A stretch of 64,000 nt of DNA from Macrostomum lignano (taxonomy: Eukaryota): NCBI GenBank assembly GCA_002269645.1, contig NIVC01000876.1:62001-126000 (forward strand). The letters run 5' to 3'. The notes below the pieces were generated by a model. It had not been told where the DNA came from. It saw only the letters and a list, made by a program, of their open reading frames with translations, and did no database searches. This document shows, piece after piece, positions 63,341-64,000 of the stretch. The first letter of the stretch is position 1. The number at the start of each line of letters is the position of its first letter. A program made the position numbers and the translations under genes.

Positions 63341-64000
63341 AATTTCTTTGCAACTAGAAACCTTTACAGCTTTGGACTAGGTCTTTGATGGCACTATTGA
63401 TTCCAAGGAACCAAACATGCAGCCTAGCAATAAACTTCATAGTAACTATTCTAGGGTGTCCATCATGAAGCAACTCCAGAACTATTTGTTGCATATTCCC
63501 TGGAATAACAATACGCAGTCCCTAGAAAATCACTCCTTGCTCAATACAAAGCTCATTTCTTTTACAAAAATACTGTTCTAAGCCTGGCTCACTTGTTTCT
63601 AGCCAGCCATTTTGGCAATAGTGAATGACTTTTTGAAGTTCTGTGTCTTTCTGTGTCGCAGTTCTAATTGTCTCTGCCATGATTGATAGCATCTCAAGTC
63701 TGACTTCCAGAATTTTGTCACATGAGATATTCTTGGCTCAATCTGGTAAGCTTGCATATATCTAAAGTATCCAGAAATTAAAATAGATTGATAAAAACAC
63801 TTTTAAACAAGTTAAATACATATAAATTAACGATTTTCTATATCAATCTAAATCTCTCAAAATGTGCAAAAATCTATCTCAATTATTTTTTTGTTTTTTA
63901 TCAAGTTCATTGGTGCATTCTTTTGGAACATATCAATTAATATATACTTTTATTCTCATTTGTTACCAAAGTGGCTATTACAAAAAAGCTATTATCAAAG

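Overview
Eukaryotic (metazoan) genomic DNA. It has GT-AG introns and GC-rich exons full of poly-Gly/Ala/Gln/His runs, and most introns are occupied by a different micro- or minisatellite. This style resembles the flatworm Macrostomum, which is an inference from composition only. Four spliced genes could be rebuilt by hand with consistent exon phases: (1) a FAM13-family RhoGAP on + (15123-29911, 7 exons) that needs 3-4 single-base frameshifts; (2) a two-exon rhodopsin-class peptide GPCR on - (37235-39243) with one frameshift; (3) an unrecognised ~580-aa coiled-coil protein on - (48359-55277, 9 exons, intact); (4) ZC2HC1A/FAM164A on - (58634-60267, 3 exons, intact). Mobile DNA comprises a young 5'-truncated RNase H-bearing LINE with a 15-bp target-site duplication (45631-46964), an older decayed relative (62505-63340) and a Ty3/gypsy integrase remnant (62022-62342). 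About 30 tandem arrays account for most long ORFs in the supplied track, and those ORFs are spurious. The most notable signals are three +1 frameshifts in FAM13 that cancel if a microexon is skipped, five perfect CRE octamers at 19-bp spacing, a 3.2-kb stretch with no CpG, splice acceptors 22-36 nt before three start codons (possible SL trans-splicing/operon), and two long near-perfect hairpins. No prokaryotic systems or CRISPR arrays are present.
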